Below are positions 28,752-37,347 of a stretch of 64,000 nucleotides of DNA, piece after piece. The notes under the pieces were generated by a model, which worked only from the letters and a program-made list of their open reading frames with translations, was not told the DNA's origin and did not search any database. Position numbers and translations under genes: made by a program. Source of the stretch: Paraburkholderia sp. (lineage in GTDB: Bacteria; Pseudomonadota; Gammaproteobacteria; Burkholderiales; Burkholderiaceae); NCBI RefSeq assembly GCF_035501035.1, contig NZ_DATJWR010000325.1, positions 10,841 through 74,840 of the forward strand, written 5' to 3'. The number at the start of each line of letters is the position of its first letter. Within the stretch, counting starts at the first letter, position 1.

Positions 28752-29926
28752 CGACGACCATTCTGTTTGCCCTCTCCTGCCTTTCGCTGCTGATCTGGCT
28801 CGTCTTGCTGTTCGGCCGTGGCGGCTTCTGGCGCGCGCGGCCTGCGAGCGCGCTGCCGCTCGTCGAGCCGGCGGCCGGCTGGCCGGCCGTGTGCGCCGTG
28901 GTGCCGGCGCGCAACGAGGCGGATGCGATCGGCGAGGCTATAAGCTCGCTGCTCCAGCAGGACTATGGCGGCGATTTTCACGTGATCGTGATCGACGACC
29001 ACAGCACCGACGGCACCGCCGAAGCCGCGCGCGCCGCGGCGCTCGCGCTGCAGTGCCCGGAAAAGCTCAGCGTGATTGCCGCGAAGCCGCTGCCCGCGGG
29101 CTGGTCGGGCAAGGTATGGGCGCAGTCGCAGGGCATCGAGGCGGTGCGCACGCTCAAGCTGCCCGCCGACTACCTGCTGCTCACCGACGCCGACATTGGC
29201 CATCCCCCCGAAGCCGTGGCGCAACTCGTGGTGCGCGCGCAGGCGGAAGGCCGCGACCTCGTCTCGCTGATGGTGCGGCTGCGTTGCGACTCGTTCTGGG
29301 AGAAGGCGCTGATCCCGGCTTTCGTGTTCTTCTTCGCGAAGCTGTACCCATTCTCGTGGGTCAACAACCCGAAGAACCGCACGGCGGCGGCGGCCGGCGG
29401 CTGCATGCTGGTGCGCCGCCAGGCGCTCGAAGAAGCGGGTGGCATCGAGTCTATCCGTGCCGAGCTGATCGACGATTGCAGCCTTGCCGCGCGCATCAAG
29501 CACCGTGGCGAGGGGCATCATCCGATCCGGCTCGACGTCGCGGCGAAGAGCGTATCGCTGCGCCCGTACGACTCGTGGAAGGACATCTGGAACATGATCG
29601 CGCGCACGGCGTTCACGCAGCTGCACTATTCGGCTTGGCAGCTCGCGGGCACGATTCTCGGCATGACGGTCATCTATCTCGCGCCGCCCGTGGTCGCGCT
29701 CGTGCTCGGCGCGGCGGGCTGGCCCGCGTGGATCGCCTGGGCGCTGATGTGTTGCGCCTATTCGCCCATGCTCGCCTACTATCGGCGCTCGCCGCTGTGG
29801 GCGCCGTTTCTGCCGCTCGTTGCGCTGTTCTATGTGGGCGCGACGTTCGCCTCGGCGTGGCGGTTCTGGCGCGGCAAGGGCGGGCAGTGGAAGGCGCGTG
29901 TGCAGGCGCCGGTGCAGGGGCGCTGA
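28748..29926 (+). CDS. hpnB: Hopanoid-associated GT2 glycosyltransferase HpnB
   Basis: VVPARNEA, DDHSTDGT, WSGKVWAQ, LTDADI, ELIDDC; ATGA overlap with hpnC. Confidence 0.92.
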   Translation: MTTTILFALSCLSLLIWLVLLFGRGGFWRARPASALPLVEPAAGWPAVCAVVPARNEADAIGEAISSLLQQDYGGDFHVIVIDDHSTDGTAEAARAAALALQCPEKLSVIAAKPLPAGWSGKVWAQSQGIEAVRTLKLPADYLLLTDADIGHPPEAVAQLVVRAQAEGRDLVSLMVRLRCDSFWEKALIPAFVFFFAKLYPFSWVNNPKNRTAAAAGGCMLVRRQALEEAGGIESIRAELIDDCSLAARIKHRGEGHHPIRLDVAAKSVSLRPYDSWKDIWNMIARTAFTQLHYSAWQLAGTILGMTVIYLAPPVVALVLGAAGWPAWIAWALMCCAYSPMLAYYRRSPLWAPFLPLVALFYVGATFASAWRFWRGKGGQWKARVQAPVQGR

Positions 29927-30113
29927 GCGCGCCTGAGCGTGTCCGCTGGCGGTTTTGGCATTTTCTTGTATTCGCGTCGGTGTGCAAGCGTTGCCCCGCA
30001 CAGGGGCAACCCAGGCAGACCGACGCGAAAACAAGAAAAGGCCAACAAGAAAACCCCAAAGCGCCACGCCCAGCGACAAAAAAACCCGCCCCGAGAAAAC
30101 CTCAACCCGCCAC

Positions 30114-30782
30114 TTACCGCTGCGTCAGCAGCATATACATCTGCACGACGATATCCGGCGAGAACGTAAACGGCACCCAGCCGTGCCCCGTGTGACGCAG
30201 CACGAGCAGGCGGTCGCCGTTGGACTGCTTCTGCACGGCCATCATCGGGTTTTTCGTCGACGCGAAACGCCAGCCGGGCGGAATGCCGGGCGGTGGCTCG
30301 GGCTGCATCGAGGCGCGCGCGTTCGAAAGCTCCTCGATCATCTGGCCGACCTGCAATGCGTTGAGCGTCACCGTCTGGCCGCCAACCGTCAGCGTGATCT
30401 CGTTCTGCGACGGGCGCGCCACGAGGAGTTCGGGCTGCGCTTGTTCAGGGCGGGCGGCCTCGACGGCGGCCGGTTCGGCGATCTCGACGGCGTTCACAGA
30501 TTCAGCGGTTTCAATGGTTTCAGCAGCTTCTACCACTTCAGTGGCTTCGACTTGCGGCTGCTCTGCGGCCACCGGCGCCGCGGCGACATGTGCAACTGCT
30601 GCGATGTCGGCATCGATGGTTTGAGCTTCGACGGTTTGCACTTCGCCGGCTGCCACGGGTGACACCTGGCAGGGTTCCGCGGCTGCGCGTTCGTCGGCGA
30701 GCAAGGCTTGCGCGGCGGCGGCAGCTTTGATGAGCTGATCGACGCCAGCTTCGAGCACGCCAATCTGGTCTTGAAGATTCAT
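30114..30782 (-). CDS. Hypothetical protein (N-terminal coiled segment, acidic Ala/Glu linker, globular C-terminus)
   Basis: MNLQDQIGVLEAGVDQLI start; ordered C-terminus LRHTGHGWVPFTF; downstream of hpnA on the same strand. Confidence 0.7.
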   Translation of the reverse strand: MNLQDQIGVLEAGVDQLIKAAAAAQALLADERAAAEPCQVSPVAAGEVQTVEAQTIDADIAAVAHVAAAPVAAEQPQVEATEVVEAAETIETAESVNAVEIAEPAAVEAARPEQAQPELLVARPSQNEITLTVGGQTVTLNALQVGQMIEELSNARASMQPEPPPGIPPGWRFASTKNPMMAVQKQSNGDRLLVLRHTGHGWVPFTFSPDIVVQMYMLLTQR

Positions 30783-30894
30783 GCGAGGCTTCTCAGGTAA
30801 GACCCGCGATTTTACCCATAGCGCGCCTGCACTGCCTCGCGGGCGTTGTACGCATGTTGCAACAAAAGTTGTAACAATTTGCTCGGCTTGCGCC

Positions 30895-31932
30895 CTATTT
30901 CGCACTCAGATAGCCGGCCTCGCGGAACCACGCGAGCGCATCTTTCAAGCCCTCGCGATACGGCCGCGCGCGATAGCCGAGTTCGCGCTCCGCCTTCGCC
31001 GACGTGAAATACATCTTGTTCTTCGACATTTTGAGCGCATCGACGGTCACGAACGGCTCGCGTTTCGTGAAGCGCGCCACGGCCTCCGCGCCCATCGCGA
31101 GCGGATACAGCGGCCAGCGCGGCAGCGCGATCGTGGGAGGCTTGCGGCCCACCATGCCGGCGATGTCGGCGAGCATCTGCTGCAGCGACAGGTTCTCGCC
31201 GCCGAGGATATAGCGCTCGCCAATACGCCCCCGCTCGAGCGCGAGGAAGTGGCCGTTGGCCACGTCGTCCACGTGCACGAGGTTCAGGCCCGTGTCGACG
31301 AAGGCGGGAATCTTGCCGGTGGCGGCCTCGACGATGATGCGACCCGTGGGCGTGGGCTTCACGTCGCGCGGGCCGATCGGCGTGGACGGATTGACGATCA
31401 CGGCGGGCAGGCCCTCGTGCTCGATCATGCGTTCGACGGCGCGCTCGGAGAGCACCTTGCTGCGCTTGTACACGCCAATAGCCTGTTCGGCCGTGAGCGG
31501 CGAGGTTTCGTCGGCGCTCGCGCCCGAGCTCGTGACCTTGAGCGTCGCCACGCTGCTCGTGTAGACGACGCGCTCCACGCCCGCTTCGAGCGCGGCGCGC
31601 ATGGTCGCCTCGGCGCCTTCGAGATTGGCGCGTTCGATCTCGTGCGGATCGGGCGCCCACAGGCGGTAGTCGGCGGCCACGTGGAACAGGTAGCGCACGC
31701 CGTCGAGCGCGCGGCGCATCGAGGCGGCGTCGCGCATGTCGCCGGTGACGATCTCGGCGTCGAGCGCTTCGAGGTTCTTGCGCGGGCTGGTAGCGCGCAC
31801 CAGCACGCGCACGGCATAGCCCTTTTCCTGCGCGATGCGGGCGACGGCCGAGCCGACGAAGCCAGACGCGCCGGTGATCAGCACGAGATCCCGGTTGGCT
31901 CGGGACGTGTTGGCTCGGGAGGTGTCGGTCAT
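30895..31932 (-). CDS. hpnA: Hopanoid-associated NAD-dependent epimerase/dehydratase HpnA
   Basis: ITGASGFVG, HVAADYRLW, YTSS, YKRSK, VNPSTPIGPRDVKPTPTG; start trimmed from the track ORF 30895..32277. Confidence 0.93.
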   Translation of the reverse strand: MTDTSRANTSRANRDLVLITGASGFVGSAVARIAQEKGYAVRVLVRATSPRKNLEALDAEIVTGDMRDAASMRRALDGVRYLFHVAADYRLWAPDPHEIERANLEGAEATMRAALEAGVERVVYTSSVATLKVTSSGASADETSPLTAEQAIGVYKRSKVLSERAVERMIEHEGLPAVIVNPSTPIGPRDVKPTPTGRIIVEAATGKIPAFVDTGLNLVHVDDVANGHFLALERGRIGERYILGGENLSLQQMLADIAGMVGRKPPTIALPRWPLYPLAMGAEAVARFTKREPFVTVDALKMSKNKMYFTSAKAERELGYRARPYREGLKDALAWFREAGYLSAK

Positions 31933-32099
31933 TGCGGGTTCGCTTCCATGTTCGGGTGTCGGCGCCGCGTGCGCGGCGTGGCACGGATTGTACGCGGCGC
32001 GCAATTGTAAATGCGCGCGTGCCAACGTGCCCGCCGCGCGGCGGCGATGGCGTCTACAATGCCGACCGTGAAGGACGCAAGGCAAGAGGAGATCGAACA

Positions 32100-32396
32100 A
32101 TGAGCGAACCGGATCTGGATACGCGTTTCGAAACGTACTACGTGCGCGTGCGCGGGACGGTGCAGGGCGTGGGTTTTCGTCATGCGACGGTGCGTCAGGC
32201 GCACGCGCTGCGCATTCGCGGTTACGTCGCGAACATGGAGGACGGTTCGGTGGAAGCCGTGATCCAGGGCACGGCAAACCAGGTGGACCGCATGCTTTCG
32301 TGGCTGCGCCATGGGCCGCCCGCGGCGCGCGTGAGTTCGGTGGAGAGCGAGGAGCGTCTCACGGAAAAGCGCTACGAACGTTTCGAGCAACACTGA
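32100..32396 (+). CDS. acyP: Acylphosphatase
   Basis: GTVQGVGFR, GYVANMEDGSVE, HGPPAARV. Confidence 0.93.
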   Translation: MSEPDLDTRFETYYVRVRGTVQGVGFRHATVRQAHALRIRGYVANMEDGSVEAVIQGTANQVDRMLSWLRHGPPAARVSSVESEERLTEKRYERFEQH

Positions 32397-32415
32397 AAGC
32401 AGATCGCTCAATGTA

Positions 32416-32454
32416 AAAAAAGCGGTGCGCCATACAAAAGGCGCACCGCTTTTT
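32416..32454. terminator. Bidirectional intrinsic terminator between acyP and egtD
   Basis: AAAAA-AGCGGTGCGCC-N8-GGCGCACCGCT-TTTT. Confidence 0.85.
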
Positions 32455-32495
32455 CGTTTCCGCTTCCGTTTCGGTTTTCCTTCGATCGATGCCGC

Positions 32496-33500
32496 TCACT
32501 TCACGGCAAGCAGGCTCTCAGCGAATCCCCATTCTTTCTCGACCCACTGGTGCGTGCACTCGAAGCCCGCATCGGCGGCGATCGCGGGAACTTCGTCGGC
32601 GTGGTACTTGTGGCTGCTCTCGGTCCAGATCGTCTCGCCCGCGCCGATGTCGACGGCCAGACGCGCCGCGCGCACCTCGGCATGTACATCGCGCCTCGCG
32701 CGCAGATGCATCTCGATGCTGCGCACGTCGGGATTGAAGCGCGCGACGTGCTCGAAGTCGCGCAGGTCGAAGTTGGCGTCGAGCTCGCGATTCACACGCG
32801 AGAGCAGGTTCAGGTTGAAGGCGGCCGTGGCGCCGATGGCGTCGTCGTAGGCGGCGATCAGCGTCGGCACGGGCTTCACGAGGTCGGTGCCGAGCAGGAG
32901 CGTGTCGCCGGGACGCAGCATCGCGCGGATGTCGCGCAAGAAGCGCGTGGCCGCGAGGCGCGCGAAGTTGCCGATCGTGCTGCCGAGAAAGAGCACGAGC
33001 AATTGCTCGCCGGCGTTGCGCTGGCGGCTCACTTCGGCGAGTCCGGCAAGATAGTCGCGCTCGTAGCCGACGATCGAAATGCGCTCGATATCGCCGAGTT
33101 CGCGCCGGCACAACTGCAGCGCGGTGCGCGAAATCTCGATCGGATAGTACGAGGTGGGACGCTTGCGGCACAGCGCCTCGAGAATGCGACGCGTCTTGCG
33201 GCCACTGCCGCTGCCGAGTTCGGCGACCTTGACGTCGGAGGGCAGCGCCTCGACGATTTCGGCCGCGTAGCGCGTGAGCAGACGCTCCTCGGCGCGCGTG
33301 ACGCCGTATTCGGGGAGCACGGTGATCACTTCGAACAGGGCCGAACCGACTTCGTCATACAGATACTTCGACGGCAGTTCCTTCTGAGGCGCGCGCGTGA
33401 GGCCCGCGCGCACATCGGCGGCGAATTCGACGGCGGCGGGAGAAAGGGCGGATGAGCGGGCTGGGTCGGCAACGGCGGGGCGGGGCGCAGGAAGTGTCAT
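32496..33500 (-). CDS. egtD: L-histidine N-alpha-methyltransferase EgtD family
   Basis: LPSKYLYDEVGSALF, LPEYGVTRAE, ELGSGSG, FLGSTIGNF, AAYDDAIG, IWTESSHKY. Confidence 0.87.
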   Translation of the reverse strand: MTLPAPRPAVADPARSSALSPAAVEFAADVRAGLTRAPQKELPSKYLYDEVGSALFEVITVLPEYGVTRAEERLLTRYAAEIVEALPSDVKVAELGSGSGRKTRRILEALCRKRPTSYYPIEISRTALQLCRRELGDIERISIVGYERDYLAGLAEVSRQRNAGEQLLVLFLGSTIGNFARLAATRFLRDIRAMLRPGDTLLLGTDLVKPVPTLIAAYDDAIGATAAFNLNLLSRVNRELDANFDLRDFEHVARFNPDVRSIEMHLRARRDVHAEVRAARLAVDIGAGETIWTESSHKYHADEVPAIAADAGFECTHQWVEKEWGFAESLLAVK

Positions 33501-33703
33501 GCGGGCTCCAGGATGCGTTGGACGTTGGGGACGGCGTTGTGGTCGCGGCTGCCGGCAATGGTGCGGCGCGCGCCGGGAAACGCAAGGCGCGGCCGGCGGC
33601 TCCGCTGGAATCCAACCGCTTGCGGCGGATTCCAGCCGGTTGAAGCGATAGCCGGCTGGCGCAGCGAGACTTCCGTTCTAGTCCATCGTTGCGCGATCTG
33701 CAC
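33497..33703 (-). CDS. Small hypothetical protein / leader ORF coupled to egtD
   Basis: 68-codon ORF whose TGA overlaps the egtD ATG (ATGA); no recognisable motif. Confidence 0.45.
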   Translation of the reverse strand: MQIAQRWTRTEVSLRQPAIASTGWNPPQAVGFQRSRRPRLAFPGARRTIAGSRDHNAVPNVQRILEPA

Positions 33704-33952
33704 GGACTAAATTGCGCTGCCCGCCGCGAGCCAAGGAGGTAGCACGGCGCGTGCCCGCCTTGCCCGGCGCGGGTTTGCGGCGCCTCAGGGCGCACAAACG
33801 CGACTAGAATGCGGTCTCGCCGCCGCTTTCGCCGGCTCGAGTCTTATTCAATAGCCAATTCAAATGACAATGCCATTACCCGTGTGCGCGAAATTTACGC
33901 GCCGCGCCTCGCGCCGCTCCTCCGTTTCCTCATTCCAATTGCGCGCATCGCG

Positions 33953-34846
33953 ATGAATCAGTACGAACCCGGGCGCGGCATCGCGCTTTCCGTGGGCGCT
34001 TCGGCGCTGTTCGCGCTGATGTCGGCATACACGCTGCTGCTCGCACCGCTCGATGGCCTCGACATTTTCGCGTGGCGCGTGATCTGGACCGCCCCCGGCG
34101 CGCTGGCATTGCTGGTGCTGCGCAAGCGCGCGCCGCAGTTGCGCGTGCTCTTCGCGCGCATGCTGAGCGAGCCCCGCACTGCGCTCGCGCTGGTGGCGAG
34201 CGCCGCGCTGCTCGGCTCGCAGCTGTGGGTGTTCCTGTGGGCGCCGCTGCATGGGCGCATGCTGGAGGTTTCGCTCGGCTACTTCCTGCTGCCGCTCATC
34301 ATGGTGCTGGTTGGGCGCTTCTACTATCACGAGCGCCTCGAGCCGCTGCAATGGCTCGCCGTGGCTTGCGCGGCTGTGGGCGTCGCGCATGAGCTGTGGG
34401 CCACGCACGCGTTCTCGTGGCCGACGCTGCTCGTCGCGTTCGGTTACCCGCCGTATTTCGTGCTGCGCCGCAAGATCCACGCGGATTCGCTCGTCATCTT
34501 CGCCGTGGAGATGCTACTGCTCGTGCCGGTGGCGGCCATCGAGGTGCGCGCCGGCGGCTCGCTCGCGCTGCTCGACGCACACCGGCTCCTCGCCTTCGTG
34601 CTGCTGCCCGGCCTCGGCGTGCTCAGCACGGTGGCGCTCGCGTCGTACCTGAAGGCGAGCCGGCTGCTGCCGATGGCGCTCTTCGGCATCCTCGGCTATG
34701 TCGAGCCGGTGCTGCTCGTGATCGTTTCGGTGACGCTGCTCGGCGAGCATCTCGGCATGCGCCAGCTCGCGACTTACGTGCCGATCTGGATTGCCGTCGC
34801 GCTCACGGCGGTGCACAGCGCGCGGCTCGTGCGGCTCGGACGCTGA
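33953..34846 (+). CDS. rarD: RarD (EamA/DMT) transporter
   Basis: IFAWRVIW, LEVSLGYFLLPL, HERLEPLQW, FGILGYVEP. Confidence 0.9.
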   Translation: MNQYEPGRGIALSVGASALFALMSAYTLLLAPLDGLDIFAWRVIWTAPGALALLVLRKRAPQLRVLFARMLSEPRTALALVASAALLGSQLWVFLWAPLHGRMLEVSLGYFLLPLIMVLVGRFYYHERLEPLQWLAVACAAVGVAHELWATHAFSWPTLLVAFGYPPYFVLRRKIHADSLVIFAVEMLLLVPVAAIEVRAGGSLALLDAHRLLAFVLLPGLGVLSTVALASYLKASRLLPMALFGILGYVEPVLLVIVSVTLLGEHLGMRQLATYVPIWIAVALTAVHSARLVRLGR

Positions 34847-34875
34847 ACGCTGCTCGCGCCGCGCTTGCTGTACTC

Positions 34876-35001
34876 ACCGCATTTACGGCCCTTGCAAAAC
34901 CTGCGGCACCAACGGCACTTGCGGCACCAACGGCACTAACCGCATTCACTGAACCCGCCGCAGCCATCGCACCAACCGCACCAACCGCACTTACCGCGCC
35001 G
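34876..35001 (+). repeat. Degenerate 9-bp tandem array (about 14 units, ACNGCACCA-like)
   Basis: ACCGCATTT ACGGCCCTT ... GCGGCACCA ACGGCACTT GCGGCACCA ACGGCACTA ... ACCGCACCA ACCGCACTT, between convergent rarD and the DUF962 gene. Confidence 0.75.
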
Positions 35002-35548
35002 AGTGCCTCGCTTCCTGCCGATGCGGCGGATTGATGCGTGTGGGGCCGACCTTGTCTTCGATCGCCGCGCGCAGTTCGGGGCGCCAGCCCACGCTGAACA
35101 GCGCCTCGGCCAGCACGAAGAGCGGGCCGATCACGAGACCGATGAGATCGTCGACGAAAGCCGGCTTGCGATGCTCCCACGCAATGTGCCCGACGAACTG
35201 GAAGATCCAGCCGATCACGAACAGCGCCACGCCGCCGCCCAGCCACGCGGCGGTGTTGAGTTGCGCGAGCCATGCGCCGAACGCCACGCACGCGGCGGAC
35301 ACGATTGCCATCATCAGGCCGAGCGGCACGTCGAGCACGAGGTAGTAGAGCGTTGCGGCGCCGAACAGCAGCCACGCGGGCGAGAGGGGAACCGGCAGCG
35401 CCAGCGCTGCGGGCACGAAGGACGGACGCGAGAGCAGCACGGCGAGCGCCACCACGATGAGCGGAATGCCGATGAAATGCGTGCCGATGTTGCGCGTGTC
35501 GCGGTGATAGGCCGCGTACTGGGTGAGTTGCTCGGTCAGGTTTCTCAT
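34991..35548 (-). CDS. DUF962 / Mpo1-like membrane protein
   Basis: YAAYHRDTRNIGTHFIGIP, GWIFQFVGH, EHRKPAFVDD, IGPLFVLAE. Confidence 0.88.
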   Translation of the reverse strand: MRNLTEQLTQYAAYHRDTRNIGTHFIGIPLIVVALAVLLSRPSFVPAALALPVPLSPAWLLFGAATLYYLVLDVPLGLMMAIVSAACVAFGAWLAQLNTAAWLGGGVALFVIGWIFQFVGHIAWEHRKPAFVDDLIGLVIGPLFVLAEALFSVGWRPELRAAIEDKVGPTRINPPHRQEARHSAR

Positions 35549-35692
35549 GGGTGCCCCTCTGTCTTCAAAATGATTATGATCGTCGGGCACCTGAGCGCAA
35601 ACCATCGGCTAGCCGACAATTGCGCCGCTTCCTGCCCGCGCGTGTCCCGCGCGGGCCGCCTCGCCGCCGGGCCGCCCGGCACCCAAGCGCCC

Positions 35693-36427
35693 ATGACTGC
35701 ACGCTCCGCCTTGCCGCTCGCCGCTGTTTCTCGACCGTCCGCCGCTGCCGCGCTCGATCGCAGCGCATGGTTTCGCAGCGCGCCCGAGCCGTTGCGCGAG
35801 GCCCTGCGCGCGGCGGGGCGCGAGCGCACGCTCGGGGCCGGCGAACGCCTCTTCATGCGCGGCGATGCCAACGACGGCCTCTACTGCGTGCTCGAAGGCG
35901 CGGTGCGCATTGGGGCCGCGAGCGTGGGCGGGCGCGAGGCGCTTCTGGCCGTGGTCGGGCCCGCGCAGTGGTTCGGCGAGATCGCGCTTTTCGACGGCGG
36001 CGTGCGCACACACGACGCCTACGCCGAGCGCGATTCCACGCTCTTTCACGTGCCGCGCGCGGCGCTCGTGGCGCTGCTCGACGCGACGCCCGCCTACTGG
36101 CACGCGTTCGGGCTGCTGCTGGCGCAAAAGCTGCGTCTTGCGTTCGATGCCATCGAGGAAACCGCGCTCCTGCCCGCCGCCGCACGCGTGGCGCGGCGCC
36201 TGCTGCTGCTTTCGCACGAATACGGTGGAGCGACGCCCGCGCAAGGCTCGCCGTGCTCGCGCCGCGTGATCAGCGTGCCGCAGGAGGATCTCGCGCTGAT
36301 GCTGGCGCTCTCGCGGCAGACTGTGAACCAGATCCTGCGCCAGTTCGAGCGCGAGGGGTTGCTGGCGCTGCGCTATGGCGAGATCGAGATTGTCGATGCC
36401 ATGCGGCTGGCGGCACAGGCACAGTGA
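35693..36427 (+). CDS. Crp/Fnr-family transcriptional regulator
   Basis: cNMP-binding domain (WFGEIALFDGGVRTHDA) and HTH QEDLALMLALSRQTVNQIL; divergent from the DUF962 gene. Confidence 0.9.
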   Translation: MTARSALPLAAVSRPSAAAALDRSAWFRSAPEPLREALRAAGRERTLGAGERLFMRGDANDGLYCVLEGAVRIGAASVGGREALLAVVGPAQWFGEIALFDGGVRTHDAYAERDSTLFHVPRAALVALLDATPAYWHAFGLLLAQKLRLAFDAIEETALLPAAARVARRLLLLSHEYGGATPAQGSPCSRRVISVPQEDLALMLALSRQTVNQILRQFEREGLLALRYGEIEIVDAMRLAAQAQ

Positions 36428-36601
36428 GACGACTCATTCAGCATGAATGTGCATTCGCAACGATCCATATTGATCAATTGCATCAACATAGAAGCCGAGT
36501 CCCGCCGCGTTGCAGCCGCTTCCCGTTTGCGCGGACAATGACGCCGGTCCGTCGCGCCAAGCCGCGTCGCTTTCCCTTTCCACGTTTGCCCATACCGCTT
36601 C

Positions 36602-37243
36602 ATGAACGACCGCGTCGTCGCCGCATTCGACTTTGATGGCACCATCACCACGTCCGACAGCTTTCGCGCCTTCATGCTCGACGCCGCCGGCCCCGCGCGT
36701 TTCGTCGCCGCTGCGCTGCGCTGCCTGCCCTGGCTCATCGGCATCGCGCCGGGCTGGTCGCAGCGCGGGCCGACCAAGGCGCGCTTCCTCTATGCCGCGC
36801 TCGGCCCCGTGCGGCGCGAGGCGCTCGAAGGTGCCGCGCAGCGCTTCGTCGAGCGCCGCTTGCCCGCGTTGCTGCGCCCCGAGATGCTCGCGCGCGTGGC
36901 CGAGCATCAGGCGCTCGGCCACGAAGTCGTGCTCGTGAGCGCGTCGCCGTCCATTTATCTGCGCAAGTGGGCGCAGACCATCGGCATCGGCACCGTGCTG
37001 GCCAGCGAGCTCGAATGGCGCGACGGCGTTTATACCGGCCATCTCGCGGGCCGCAATTGCTGGGGCCCGGAGAAAGTCGCGCGGCTGCGCGCGTGGTGGG
37101 GGGAGAACGCGCCCGCCACGCTCTACGCGTATGGCGACAGCCGTGGCGACCGCGAAATGGCGGAGCTTGCGCAGTACGCCTGGATACGCGGTGAGTCGAC
37201 GCTGCCGCCGCTTGCGGCGGCGGGCGGCTTCGGCGTGGCGTGA
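36602..37243 (+). CDS. HAD-IB family hydrolase
   Basis: AFDFDGTIT, LVSAS, NCWGPEK, AYGDSRGD. Confidence 0.92.
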   Translation: MNDRVVAAFDFDGTITTSDSFRAFMLDAAGPARFVAAALRCLPWLIGIAPGWSQRGPTKARFLYAALGPVRREALEGAAQRFVERRLPALLRPEMLARVAEHQALGHEVVLVSASPSIYLRKWAQTIGIGTVLASELEWRDGVYTGHLAGRNCWGPEKVARLRAWWGENAPATLYAYGDSRGDREMAELAQYAWIRGESTLPPLAAAGGFGVA

Positions 37244-37347
37244 TGCTTCCGAGGGGCGCGGCGGCGAAGCATCGACGGTAAGCCTCGGTAACCAATCTGG
37301 ACGAACCCGCAACCATCCCGCATGGGACAAGAACAGGAGACACCCCG

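Noticed and set aside
31890-31925. 15-bp duplication (TSRAN twice) at the HpnA N-terminus
   Set aside because: A small in-frame duplication before the Rossmann fold; unlikely to matter.
33500-33720. Known riboswitch (SAM, SAH or cobalamin) upstream of egtD
   Set aside because: I could not recognise any consensus; only a generic hairpin. An Rfam/Infernal scan would settle it.
36467-36490. TTGAT-N7-ATCAA upstream of the HAD hydrolase as an FNR box
   Set aside because: The spacer is 7 nt, not the 4 nt of an FNR site.
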